From assembly GCA_905182775.1 (NCBI GenBank), contig CAJJCU010000007.1, positions 1 to 49,674 of the forward strand: DNA of 49,674 bases, given 5' to 3'. Below are positions 1 through 9,016 of the stretch, piece after piece. This stretch comes from an uncultured Flavobacteriales bacterium. Lineage in GTDB: Bacteria > Bacteroidota > Bacteroidia > Flavobacteriales_D > Crocinitomicaceae. Both the position numbers and the translations under genes were made by a program. Within the stretch, counting starts at the first letter, position 1; each line of letters starts with the position of its first letter. The notes under the pieces are model-generated. The model saw only the letters and a program-made list of their open reading frames with translations. It did no database searches and was not told where the DNA came from.

Positions 1-12
1 GCACGGATTGAC

Positions 13-1065
13 TTAATCCTTTAAAAACAAGTAACGATAGCTAGGGTAAAGCCTTGATAGCTCTTCAAGGTAGAGAATTGGCATATCGCGACATTTATCC
101 CAAACAAGTGTCTTAAACATATGAGAAGGGTGCTGTGCGACCAAATCATTCGGCGGAGATAACTCCACGCAAACCCCAATGCGTCTTGTTTTCGCACGAA
201 TATAATTTTCTAACCCCGCACCATATTCCCTTGGATTTCTTGATACTTTTGCCATTTTAAATCCGCATTTATTAGCAATTCGAGTATTTAACTTTGTGTC
301 AAGGCCTTCGAACTGCGCATGCGTTCCTTTGTCTGCCCAAAACAGAACATCTCCTTTGGTATGAAATGAAAGAGTTAATAAAGGCACAATTGAATCAACA
401 AAATCCTGTAAAATTCTCACCTCATTTGCCTGACATGGATAGTCCCCTTTGTGCCCCTGAGAAGCAGGCGTTTCTTCAAAAAGGTGCCCATGTTTTACTT
501 CAAAATTGCCATCATCAAAATTATTATTGAGATCAATGCCTATACCGTTTGCCTTCCAATCCGAATAGGGCCCAATACGCTTTATGGAATCTACCTCTTT
601 TTTATAGATCTCTATCCCCGACCAGTCCTCTTGTGCAATCTTTAATCCGTCGGGATTTGCCAAGGGAATAAGGTAAAGATCGTAGGTTTCTAAAATTTTA
701 TTCGCAGAGGGATAAACCCCATTGCTATTCGCCAAAGAAAATAGAAATTCATTACAAAACTTCAAGACAAACTTTGAACTAAAGAACTCCCGAGCGTGCA
801 AGTTGCCAACCAGTAAAATGGGCATTTTAGCTTTTGATGATGTGTCTGTTATTTTTAGAATAGGGATTGCTTGGCCAAACTCTGAATACCCTAGAACGGA
901 TACCTCTAGAAAATCCTCATATAAATAAATCATATCCACTACCGATTCATAAATCATCGAAACAGAATAGCGCGCAGAGTCTTGGATCGTTAATTTTCTG
1001 TTTTGAGATAGCGCCATTAAAGGCAAGGCCATAAATAGGATTGAAAACCATTGCTTCTTGCTCAC
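13..1065 (-). CDS. M14-family zinc carboxypeptidase (gamma-D-glutamyl-meso-diaminopimelate peptidase-like), secreted
   Basis: 350-aa ORF with a signal-like N-terminus (FSILFMALPLMALSQ). M14 motifs present: HAREF (HxxE zinc ligands), NPDG, GIDLNNNF, SFHTKG (third zinc His) and VELSP (catalytic Glu). Confidence 0.8.
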   Translation of the reverse strand: MSKKQWFSILFMALPLMALSQNRKLTIQDSARYSVSMIYESVVDMIYLYEDFLEVSVLGYSEFGQAIPILKITDTSSKAKMPILLVGNLHAREFFSSKFVLKFCNEFLFSLANSNGVYPSANKILETYDLYLIPLANPDGLKIAQEDWSGIEIYKKEVDSIKRIGPYSDWKANGIGIDLNNNFDDGNFEVKHGHLFEETPASQGHKGDYPCQANEVRILQDFVDSIVPLLTLSFHTKGDVLFWADKGTHAQFEGLDTKLNTRIANKCGFKMAKVSRNPREYGAGLENYIRAKTRRIGVCVELSPPNDLVAQHPSHMFKTLVWDKCRDMPILYLEELSRLYPSYRYLFLKD

Positions 1066-1090
1066 GGTAGGATACGATTTGATAATTGCT

Positions 1091-1098
1091 TATTTTTG
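1091..1098 (+). promoter_or_regulatory. Bacteroidota-type -7 promoter box TATTTTTG (consensus TAnnTTTG)
   Basis: Exact match to TAnnTTTG, 20 nt upstream of the ATG at 1119, in a divergent intergenic region. Confidence 0.35.
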
Positions 1099-1118
1099 AT
1101 TTTACTAAATCAAAGGTA

Positions 1119-2078
1119 ATGACAAAAAAAGCTTCTTTATGCGAAATGTTAAATATTGATTTCCCTGTGATCATGGCCCCCATGTTTTTGGTCTCAAATG
1201 AGGAAATGACTATTCAAGCGATTCGCAATGGAATAACAGGCGCAATCCCTGCATTAAACTATAGAACTGTAGATGAATTAAGAGACGCAATTAGACGTAT
1301 AAAAAAAGAGGTAGATGGCCCTTTTGGAATCAATTTAATTGTCAATAAATCCAACTTTCTATACAAACAACAACTAAAAGTGTGTTGTGAAGAAAAGGTC
1401 TCTTATTTGATTACATCTCTAGGTTCTCCTGCAGAAACAATAGCAATGGCAAAGAAATATGATGTCAAAGTTTTCTGCGACGTTGTCGATGCTGCCTATG
1501 CCAGAAAAGTAGAAGACCTTGGCGCCGATGCAATCATCGCAGTCAATAAGGAAGCCGGTGGGCATGCTGGCCCAACTCCATTTTCTGAGCTCATCCCCGC
1601 CTTAAAGAAAGAATGCTCGATTCCCGTTATCTCCGCTGGAGGTATTGGCGATGGTAAAGGCATAAAAGAAATGATGGATTTAGGTGCTGATGGCGTTTCA
1701 ATGGGTAGTATTTTTATTGCGACTAAAGAAGCTCCAGTTTCTGAAGACTATAAAAATGCATGCGTGAATTATGGCGCTAAAGACATCGTGTTCACAACAA
1801 AACTCTCAGGGACCCCTTGCACAGTGATTAACACACCATATGTTGACAAGATTGGTACTTCTCAAAATTTCCTTGAACGGTTTTTAAACAAAAATAAAAA
1901 ACTGAAAAAGTGGTTTAAAGCGATCACATTTATGAGGGGAATGAAAAGTCTGCAAAATGCGGCATTCTCGACCACCTATAAAACGGTTTGGTGCGCAGGA
2001 CCATCGATTGAATATGTAAAAGAAATTCTATCAGTCAAGGAGGTAATTGACCGATTAAAGACAGATTTTAATTCTTAG
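1119..2078 (+). CDS. Nitronate monooxygenase / NMO-family FMN-dependent oxidoreductase (FabK-like fold)
   Basis: The ORF-track start at 1086 is TTG. The ATG at 1119 gives MTKKASLCEMLNIDFPVIMAPM, a typical NMO N-terminus. Other motifs: GGHAGP and ISAGGIGDG (FMN/phosphate binding). The 3' end overlaps the convergent kinase gene by 11 nt. Confidence 0.8.
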   Translation: MTKKASLCEMLNIDFPVIMAPMFLVSNEEMTIQAIRNGITGAIPALNYRTVDELRDAIRRIKKEVDGPFGINLIVNKSNFLYKQQLKVCCEEKVSYLITSLGSPAETIAMAKKYDVKVFCDVVDAAYARKVEDLGADAIIAVNKEAGGHAGPTPFSELIPALKKECSIPVISAGGIGDGKGIKEMMDLGADGVSMGSIFIATKEAPVSEDYKNACVNYGAKDIVFTTKLSGTPCTVINTPYVDKIGTSQNFLERFLNKNKKLKKWFKAITFMRGMKSLQNAAFSTTYKTVWCAGPSIEYVKEILSVKEVIDRLKTDFNS

Positions 2079-3603
2079 GCAATAGGATTCTAAACGTTGT
2101 CCCCTGATTAACTTTAGAAGCTGCAACAAATACTTTTCCTTTATGGTGCTCCTCAATAATTCTTTTTACGAGGGCCAGCCCAAGACCCCACCCTCTTTTC
2201 TTTGTTGAGAACCCAGGCTCAAAAACAGCCTTTTGGTCTTTAGAAGAGATGCCCTTTCCCGAATCTTTAAAATCAATAGCAATCGCCGATTTTTCATTTG
2301 AAATAGTCACCACAAGCCTCCCGACTCCTTGCATAGCATCAACTGCATTTTTACAGAGGTTCTCGATAACCCAATCCATTAATGATGCATTATGAGGAAC
2401 AAGAATACTTTCAAAGGATTTGTTTTCAAAAACAAGCTCCACTTTGCTAGATAACCTTGGACGCAAATATGCTAAGTTATTTTCAATGGTTTGGTTAATG
2501 TCTTCCTGCTCAAGTTTCGCTTCTGAACCTATTTTTGAAAAACGGTCCGTAATTCTTTCCAATCGAACAAGGTCCTTTTTCATTTCTTGTGTTACCATGG
2601 GGTCGACCTTAAGGTTTTCCAAATGCGACTGCCACCCCATAAGCGAAGACAGAGGTGTCCCAAGCTGGTGTGCTGTTTCTTTGGCCATCCCTGCCCATAC
2701 CCTTTTCTGTTCCGCTTTACGATACGTTGAAAAAAGAAAATAGCCAACAAAGATTAATAACCCTAAAACCAAAAATTGGATATACGGAATCCATTGCAAG
2801 TAGACGACTTCTTCACTATCGGAAAAAAACAACTGCTTTTTACCTGTCCCAAAATCAAACGTTAATGGCTTATTCTGGAGTGCCCATTGGTCTTTTAGAA
2901 TTCTTAGCTCAGAACTGTCAGCACTAATATTAGATGCTTCCACAAGCTTCGTAGAGTCGTCCCAAAGAATAACGGGTATTAATCCTTTGTTATCCTTCAC
3001 CTCATCACTAAAAGAGGCGATCAATAAATCACTTTTCTTTTGAAGGCTTTCTAATTCAAAAGAGTTTCCAAAAACAAATTGAAGGAACTCTCCATCTAAA
3101 TACTCTATGCGCTGGTACTGTCCTAACTCAGTCCATTCTTTGGCCTTAATTTGACAAATAGAATCTTGCTCAAATTCAGCTTGATGGTCATTAAATAATG
3201 AATCCATGTTCCGAAATTGCATAACCTCATTACCCTGAGTCAATAGAATCACCGGAATGTCAATATTTGATTGTATGATGGAAAGCGAAAACTTTACATC
3301 TTGATTTATAGACAAATCAGACTTTGCTAGTAAAATCTTTTGGGCCTCGACGACTAGGTCGATCTTTTGTTTTTCTTTTTTTTTGAGCTCTGTAAAAATG
3401 GCATTGCTCAACTGCACCAAATCACCTTTCTTTTTAATCGACTCTACCCATTGTTTCGCTTTTGATTTTTCTCGCTCTGCAATTTTGGAAACAAAACTAT
3501 TGGTCAGCAATAAAGTGGCTGCAATGACGATAAGGACCATAAGCGTTAGGAATATTTTCCAGCGCTGTTTATTAATATGAATTTCATTTTTTGAGTCCGA
3601 CAT
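2068..3603 (-). CDS. Sensor histidine kinase (two TM helices flanking a ~240-aa extracytoplasmic domain; HisKA + HATPase_c)
   Basis: H-box ETAHQLGTPLSSL, N-box ENLCKNAVDA, G-boxes DSGKGI and GWGLGLALV. Hydrophobic helices lie near residues 17-35 and 270-292. Confidence 0.85.
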   Translation of the reverse strand: MSDSKNEIHINKQRWKIFLTLMVLIVIAATLLLTNSFVSKIAEREKSKAKQWVESIKKKGDLVQLSNAIFTELKKKEKQKIDLVVEAQKILLAKSDLSINQDVKFSLSIIQSNIDIPVILLTQGNEVMQFRNMDSLFNDHQAEFEQDSICQIKAKEWTELGQYQRIEYLDGEFLQFVFGNSFELESLQKKSDLLIASFSDEVKDNKGLIPVILWDDSTKLVEASNISADSSELRILKDQWALQNKPLTFDFGTGKKQLFFSDSEEVVYLQWIPYIQFLVLGLLIFVGYFLFSTYRKAEQKRVWAGMAKETAHQLGTPLSSLMGWQSHLENLKVDPMVTQEMKKDLVRLERITDRFSKIGSEAKLEQEDINQTIENNLAYLRPRLSSKVELVFENKSFESILVPHNASLMDWVIENLCKNAVDAMQGVGRLVVTISNEKSAIAIDFKDSGKGISSKDQKAVFEPGFSTKKRGWGLGLALVKRIIEEHHKGKVFVAASKVNQGTTFRILLPKN

Positions 3604-3623
3604 GCAAAGCTAAAATTAAGGCT

Positions 3624-3631
3624 TATCTTTG
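3624..3631 (+). promoter_or_regulatory. -7 promoter box TATCTTTG (TAnnTTTG)
   Basis: Exact consensus match, 5 nt upstream of the ATG at 3637. Confidence 0.4.
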
Positions 3632-3636
3632 AATCT

Positions 3637-3957
3637 ATGAATTTCAAAATCAAGAAACCTCTCGATGTCTTTATTATATGTCTCTTGGTGATAGGCGTGC
3701 CCTTATTTCTATTTCCTATTAACTTATTTCCCGGTGAGATCGTGACTATAATTAATGAAACAGAGCATATCGAAAAAGCCCCATTAAGCCTTTCTTATTT
3801 CATAGGCTTGGGTTATGACGCTCAGGATATGGCTTCTATAAAAGACTTTTATTTAACCGCCCGAGGATATGCCCTAGCCGGCTGCCTTTTAATTGGCATA
3901 CCGTTTCTTATTGCCTACAGGGTTTCTACCAAAAATAAAATGAAAGCCAAATCATAA
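3637..3957 (+). CDS. Small membrane protein, function unknown
   Basis: 106-aa ORF with two hydrophobic helices and its own -7 box. No family recognised. The 3' end overlaps the convergent SDR gene by 6 nt. Confidence 0.45.
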   Translation: MNFKIKKPLDVFIICLLVIGVPLFLFPINLFPGEIVTIINETEHIEKAPLSLSYFIGLGYDAQDMASIKDFYLTARGYALAGCLLIGIPFLIAYRVSTKNKMKAKS

Positions 3958-4743
3958 CGATTTTGTGCGGCCACCATCAACAGGCAGGTTAATTCCATTG
4001 ATGTAATCGGCTTCGTTGGATGCTAAAAAAGCAATTGCTCTTGCAACTTCCTGTGGCTCTGCAATACGCTGCATAGGAACTTGAGCTGCCATTGTGCTAT
4101 AAATTTCATCTACTGACTTATTACTCTTTTCGGCTTTAGAGGAAGCAATATCAGAGAGTCGAGATGTATTTGTTGCCCCTGGCAAAACATTATTTACAGT
4201 AATATTATACTCCCCTAACTCGTTCGCTAAAGTCTTGCTCCAATTTGCCACAGCACCTCTTATCGTATTTGAGACCCCTAAGCCATTTAAAGGTTGTTTA
4301 ACAGAGGTAGAAATTACATTAATAATTCTACCAAAACCTACATCGATCATACCAGGGATAACGGCTTGAGCCAAAATATGATTACAAATCAAATGCTGCT
4401 GAAATGTATTGATAAATGCCTCGGGCTTTGCATCTTTGATCAAGCCACCAGCAGGACCGCCAGTATTATTAACAAGAATGTGCACAACGCTCTTTTTTTG
4501 TCTTACATAATTTTGTATAACCTTATCCAATTCATCGGGTCTGGAAAAATCAGCTACTAAAAAATCATGCTTTTGGGCATCGTTAACCACGGGAAGCTCA
4601 GCAAGTACAGTCCGAAGTTTCGCCTCGTTTCTAGCTAAGAGAATCACATTAGCGCCACGCTGCGCCATTAACAAGGCTGTTTCTTTACCAATACCTTGTG
4701 AACTTCCTGAAACCAAAGCGTTCTTATTAATTAAATCATTCAT
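3952..4743 (-). CDS. SDR-family oxidoreductase (FabG/BKR-like) with a non-canonical active site
   Basis: Rossmann motifs VSGSSQGIG and NNTGG, and VLPG. A gap-free alignment to the FabG core places S-N-T-I-R where Y-x-x-x-K is expected. Confidence 0.85.
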   Translation of the reverse strand: MNDLINKNALVSGSSQGIGKETALLMAQRGANVILLARNEAKLRTVLAELPVVNDAQKHDFLVADFSRPDELDKVIQNYVRQKKSVVHILVNNTGGPAGGLIKDAKPEAFINTFQQHLICNHILAQAVIPGMIDVGFGRIINVISTSVKQPLNGLGVSNTIRGAVANWSKTLANELGEYNITVNNVLPGATNTSRLSDIASSKAEKSNKSVDEIYSTMAAQVPMQRIAEPQEVARAIAFLASNEADYINGINLPVDGGRTKSL

Positions 4744-4860
4744 TTTATTGACTTTACGTTAAAATACTATGAAATACAACACAAATAGTGGCCGATAAAT
4801 TTAATTCTATCCTTAGAATTTCATATTTTCGCTAAATTACAAATCTTAATACTTACCTAA

Positions 4861-7800
4861 ATGAAAAAAATACTACTTTTTAGTTTTGCATTGTTCGGTT
4901 GTTTTTCAATACTCAAAGCACAATGTGATTCTCCAACATCTGCAACCCCACTTTCTTTTTGTGGCGGCGCAACTGTTGAGCTCGAAGCATCTGCTTCACT
5001 AGCTTCTTTAACATACACCCTTAATATGGTTGATGCTTGGGGAGATGGATGGAACGGAAACGAAATAACAATTCTTGCGGATGGAGCTGTTGTTCTTGCA
5101 GATGCCACTATAGAAAATGGAACAAATGCATCAGCAACCTTTACTGTATTAGAAGGTTCTTTAATAACTGCAACTTGGGTTGCAGGAGGTTTTCAAAGTG
5201 AAGTTTCATTCGATATCTTAGATGAAACAAATGCAGTTATCTTTTCAGGAGCAGCCAATGATCCAATCAACTGGCCTGTTGCCACTGATGGTCCATATAC
5301 TCTAAATTGGTACGATGCAACTGGAGGAACTCTTTTAGGTTCAGGTGCAACCTTAGACGTTTCTGCCTTGGCTCCAACAACTGGTGCATATAGCTTCTTA
5401 GTAACTCAAACAGGCCTATTATGTACTGAAAGTGACCCTTTTGAAGTGGTTGTGAATATTTCAGACGTTAATGTTGAACTCTTGATTCAAGACGTTTCAT
5501 GTGTTGGTAATGCTGATGGAACATTTTCTATTGCTGCTGTACAATGCGGTACAGGTCCTTTTAGTTTTTCTGTTGACGGTGGGGCATTTGGTCCAGCACC
5601 TACAGATTTAGCCGCTGGAACTTATAGCGTAGTTGTAGAAGATGGGGCAACACTCCAAAGTTCTCCTATTGCAGTTGAAATAGGTACACCAGCAACTGTT
5701 ATTCCTAGTCCTCCTAGCGCGGAATCTCCTTTGACATTTTGTAGTGGTTCTGCCAGTATTACTTTAGAAGCTTTAGCTTCGGGATTACCTGTTGTATTTA
5801 CATTAAATATGTTTGACTCATGGGGAGATGGATGGAATGGAAATTCAATAACTGTATTTGCTGATGGCGTTCCAGTTTTGACAGACGCAACCATTACAGC
5901 TGGAGACTTTGAAACTGCTTCATTTGCAGCAAACGAAGGTGCTACTATTACAGCAACTTGGGTTGCAGGAGGTTTCCCTGCTGAAGTTTCTTTTGAAATT
6001 GAAGACCAAGATGGTCTTGTTGTTTATAACGGCGGATTTAATGATCCAATAGATTATTTGATTCCTGCTGGAAACTACCCTTTAAATTGGTATGACGCTG
6101 CAACAGCAGGTAATCTTGAAGGAAATGGATCACCTTTTGAAGCTGTTGGTTCAGGAGTTATGCCAGCTGCGGCTACAGGTACATACGACTTTTTCGTAAC
6201 TCAATCGAATGGCGGATGTGAAAGTATCGCTACTCAAGTTACAGTTGAGATTACAGATGTAAATGTAACGCTAAGTGTTACAGATGAAACATGTACTGAT
6301 TATACCAACGGTGGATTTGCAATTCTGGATACTTTGTGTGGTACAGCACCTTTCGTTTTCCAAGTAGATAGTGGAGCGTTTGATGTAGCTCCAAACTTAA
6401 CTGCTGGAACCTATTCAATTGTTGTTCGAGACGCTGATTCGCTTTTCAGTGAGCCGATCGAGATTACAATTAACACTATTGAAACGTCTATTCCTCCTTC
6501 ACCGGTGGCTGACTCTGCTGTTTATGCATGTGTTGGAGATTCGAGTATAGAGCTAACAGCTGTTGGAGATATTGCTACGACTGACTCTTTGTTGACAACT
6601 ATGGCTGCAGGTAATGGTTCTGAAGGAACAATGTTTGTTATTGAAGCGATTCAAGAAACTACGATTCAAGACTTTGCCCTAAACATGAATCCAGGGACCG
6701 GCGATGTCTCAATATGGTACCGTGCAGACGACTACCTTATTGTGCCGGGAGCAAATACAAGTGATGCTGGATGGATTTTAGTTGGGACAGCTACAGGTGT
6801 AGCATCTTCTTCGCCAAACTATACAAATATTCCTGTACCAGTAAATATTACAGTACCTGCGGGTGAAAGATACTCTTTTCACGTTCACTCGACGGGTGGT
6901 GTAGCGTACACTAACGGTGCTGGTTTAGGAAATGTTTTCGCTTCTAACGCGAGCTTTAATTTCATTGAGGGACACGGTGGAGCGCCTGCATTTAGTTGCA
7001 CCTTCGCACCAAGAGTCTTTAATGGTTTAATTCGATTTGAAGCAACTGAATCAATCGATATAGCTTGGTTCGATGCAGCGACTGATGGAGCTGTAATCGG
7101 AAACGGAACTCCTTTTGAATCTGTCGGAACCGCTATTCTGCCTGATGCCGATTCAGCAGGTACTTTCGACTTTTATGTCGCAAGTAACAACAACGGATGC
7201 TACAGTGCAGAAACTGTTGAAGTGAGTGTAAATATTTCTGATGTAAATGTTTATTTATCATCAGTAGATGCAACTTGTAATTCAGGAGCCGATGGTTCTT
7301 TCGTTATTGATTCTGTAGATTGCGGTGAGGCACCTTATACATTTTCTGTAGATGGTGGCGCAACGGGTCCAGCTCCAACAGATTTGAGCCCTGGCGTTTA
7401 CGAAGTTGTTGTATTTGATGGCCTTGGAGATTCTTCAAGTGTGTATTTTTTAACGATCGGAAGTGCCGCTGGCCCGTCTGATCTAGTCATTAATGCTATT
7501 CAGGATACAAGTGTAGAAGTTTCTTGGGTGTCTAATGGATCTGAAACAGGATGGACTGTTGAATACGGTGCACCAGGATTTACTCCAGGCGCAGGTGAAG
7601 AGATCGGTTCCGCAATGTTTACAGACACTGTTGGATTTATCAACAACTTATCCGGTAATACAAACTATGACTACTATGTAGTTGCTGATTGTGGTACTGG
7701 TGTTTATGGTGATTGGTCACTTATATCCTTTACAACGGATTGTGGGTTCTACATGGTTCCATTTATGGAAACCTTTGAAGATGATTCAGAAACACGTATT

Positions 7801-8997
7801 TGTTGGTACAACATCAATGAAGTTGGAGCTGATGATTGGACATATCAATCAGGTGATGGAGGTTTTGGTGTAGGTAATGCTACTGATGCTGCTTATGAAG
7901 GTGTGTTAAATGCAAGATTTGTAAGTTCATTTACACCATCAACTTCAAAATTAGCATCTCCTAGACTAGATCTTTCCGATCAAGATAGTGTTGCACTTGT
8001 ATTTGCATATGCTCAAGAAACATGGGGTGGTGATCAAAATACAACCAAGGTATATATGAGAAATACAGATACTGCAGATTGGGTTGAGATTGCATCCTAC
8101 GATATCGACACACCAGACTGGACATTAGATACTTTGTTTATCGTAGATACTACGGATCAACTTGAGATTGCTTTTGAAGGATCCAACAACTATGGATACT
8201 CAAATGTTATCGATCAAGTACAGGTTCTTCCATGTACAGTTGAGCCAGGTATCGACGGTAGCGCTAATGTTTGTAGAGCAGAAAACTTCATTGACTTGAA
8301 TACTTACATTACAGCCGGTGAAACTTATGGTTACTGGAGCTTCCCTGCAAATGAATCATTTGTAAGTGGTTCTACTGCTGATGTTCAATTCTTGCCTGCA
8401 GGAACACATGAATTCCTTTATGTTGTTAGTACACCTTGTACCTCTGATACCACAATTGCTTCTTTAGTGATTTACGGGCCATCATCAGCAGGAAACGACG
8501 GAGCTGATTCAGTTTGTTTAAATGAGCCTTACAACTTGTTAACCTCACTGTCAGGTACAATTGACTTAGGTGGTAGCTGGATTGACCCTCAAGGAAATGA
8601 CTTAGGAACTCCAAATATTACTGGTGGAACGATCCCGGGAAGTTTTAACTTCTCATACGTTACATCTAACGGAGTTTGTGAGGCAGATACTTCAACTGTT
8701 TTATTATTTGTTGATGGTAGCTGTGATTACCTAGGGTTACTAGAAGCAGATTTAAGCTTCTTCGAAATGTATCCTAATCCAACAAGTGGTATTCTTAACA
8801 TTCAGGCAACTGAAGCTGAAGGGTTCTTTAGCGTTGAGATTACTGACTTAAATGGAAGAATCATTGAAACATTCAAAAATTACATAACAGGAAATGAAAT
8901 CAAGTCTGTTGACTTGTCAACTTCAGAAACTGGAACGTACTTTGTGAAAGTTTACAATAACAATGTATTCAAAACGTTCAGAGTTGTTAAAAACTAA
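4861..8997 (+). CDS. Giant modular T9SS-secreted surface protein (three Ig-like units with nested cassettes + SprB-type repeats, FN3, MAM/choice-of-anchor-J-like domain, type A C-terminal sorting domain)
   Basis: 1378-aa ORF. Signal peptide MKKILLFSFALFGCFSILKAQ. Three SprB-like repeats (C.G..DG.F.I....CG..P..FSVDGG). FN3-like segment with NTNYDYYVVADCG. ETFEDD...W.Y domain. C-terminal YPNPTSGILNIQ...GTYFVKV...FRVVKN sorting domain. Confidence 0.85.
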   Translation: MKKILLFSFALFGCFSILKAQCDSPTSATPLSFCGGATVELEASASLASLTYTLNMVDAWGDGWNGNEITILADGAVVLADATIENGTNASATFTVLEGSLITATWVAGGFQSEVSFDILDETNAVIFSGAANDPINWPVATDGPYTLNWYDATGGTLLGSGATLDVSALAPTTGAYSFLVTQTGLLCTESDPFEVVVNISDVNVELLIQDVSCVGNADGTFSIAAVQCGTGPFSFSVDGGAFGPAPTDLAAGTYSVVVEDGATLQSSPIAVEIGTPATVIPSPPSAESPLTFCSGSASITLEALASGLPVVFTLNMFDSWGDGWNGNSITVFADGVPVLTDATITAGDFETASFAANEGATITATWVAGGFPAEVSFEIEDQDGLVVYNGGFNDPIDYLIPAGNYPLNWYDAATAGNLEGNGSPFEAVGSGVMPAAATGTYDFFVTQSNGGCESIATQVTVEITDVNVTLSVTDETCTDYTNGGFAILDTLCGTAPFVFQVDSGAFDVAPNLTAGTYSIVVRDADSLFSEPIEITINTIETSIPPSPVADSAVYACVGDSSIELTAVGDIATTDSLLTTMAAGNGSEGTMFVIEAIQETTIQDFALNMNPGTGDVSIWYRADDYLIVPGANTSDAGWILVGTATGVASSSPNYTNIPVPVNITVPAGERYSFHVHSTGGVAYTNGAGLGNVFASNASFNFIEGHGGAPAFSCTFAPRVFNGLIRFEATESIDIAWFDAATDGAVIGNGTPFESVGTAILPDADSAGTFDFYVASNNNGCYSAETVEVSVNISDVNVYLSSVDATCNSGADGSFVIDSVDCGEAPYTFSVDGGATGPAPTDLSPGVYEVVVFDGLGDSSSVYFLTIGSAAGPSDLVINAIQDTSVEVSWVSNGSETGWTVEYGAPGFTPGAGEEIGSAMFTDTVGFINNLSGNTNYDYYVVADCGTGVYGDWSLISFTTDCGFYMVPFMETFEDDSETRICWYNINEVGADDWTYQSGDGGFGVGNATDAAYEGVLNARFVSSFTPSTSKLASPRLDLSDQDSVALVFAYAQETWGGDQNTTKVYMRNTDTADWVEIASYDIDTPDWTLDTLFIVDTTDQLEIAFEGSNNYGYSNVIDQVQVLPCTVEPGIDGSANVCRAENFIDLNTYITAGETYGYWSFPANESFVSGSTADVQFLPAGTHEFLYVVSTPCTSDTTIASLVIYGPSSAGNDGADSVCLNEPYNLLTSLSGTIDLGGSWIDPQGNDLGTPNITGGTIPGSFNFSYVTSNGVCEADTSTVLLFVDGSCDYLGLLEADLSFFEMYPNPTSGILNIQATEAEGFFSVEITDLNGRIIETFKNYITGNEIKSVDLSTSETGTYFVKVYNNNVFKTFRVVKN
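4921..5697 (+). repeat. Intragenic tandem unit 1 (Ig-like domain with nested WGDGWNG cassette + SprB repeat)
   Basis: Residues 21-279 align along their whole length with residues 283-541. The DNA has diverged to roughly two-thirds identity by eye. Confidence 0.8.
5707..6483 (+). repeat. Intragenic tandem unit 2 (same architecture as unit 1)
   Basis: Residues 283-541. The WGDGWNG motif is encoded at 5821-5841; unit 1 has it at 5038-5058. Confidence 0.8.
6493..7464 (+). repeat. Intragenic tandem unit 3 (same Ig-like/SprB scaffold, different ~150-aa nested cassette)
   Basis: Residues 545-868. The scaffold motifs C.G.S.IELTA, W(Y/F)DA and the SprB repeat are conserved. The cassette at residues 577-728 is unrelated to the WGDGWNG module. 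Confidence 0.7.
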
Positions 8998-9016
8998 GAA
9001 CGTCTAAATAGAAATT

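Noticed and set aside
1086-1118. Upstream alternative starts from the ORF track (TTG 1086, ATG 12848, GTG/TTG 20547, 22968, TTG 25792, GTG 45145, TTG 47451)
   Set aside because: Each extension adds non-conserved residues. It also overlaps a terminator hairpin (12848), overlaps or lies just after a -7 promoter box (25792, 45145, 47451), begins upstream of the promoter box (20547), or ignores an ATGA stop/start coupling (22968). Downstream ATGs give family-typical N-termini.
3605-3612. TAGCTTTG (minus strand) match to the -7 consensus, 1 nt from the kinase start codon
   Set aside because: It is too close to the ATG to drive a transcript containing that start, and the next Met falls inside the first TM helix. 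It is probably a chance match in an AT-rich spacer.
4857-5108. 83-aa minus-strand ORF, and a similar 90-aa one at 5622-5894, both antisense to the giant T9SS gene
   Set aside because: Both lie exactly opposite the duplicated WGDGWNG-encoding segments (antisense FPFHPSP). They are shadow ORFs created by the repeat and its codon bias. Neither has a promoter box or an independent motif.
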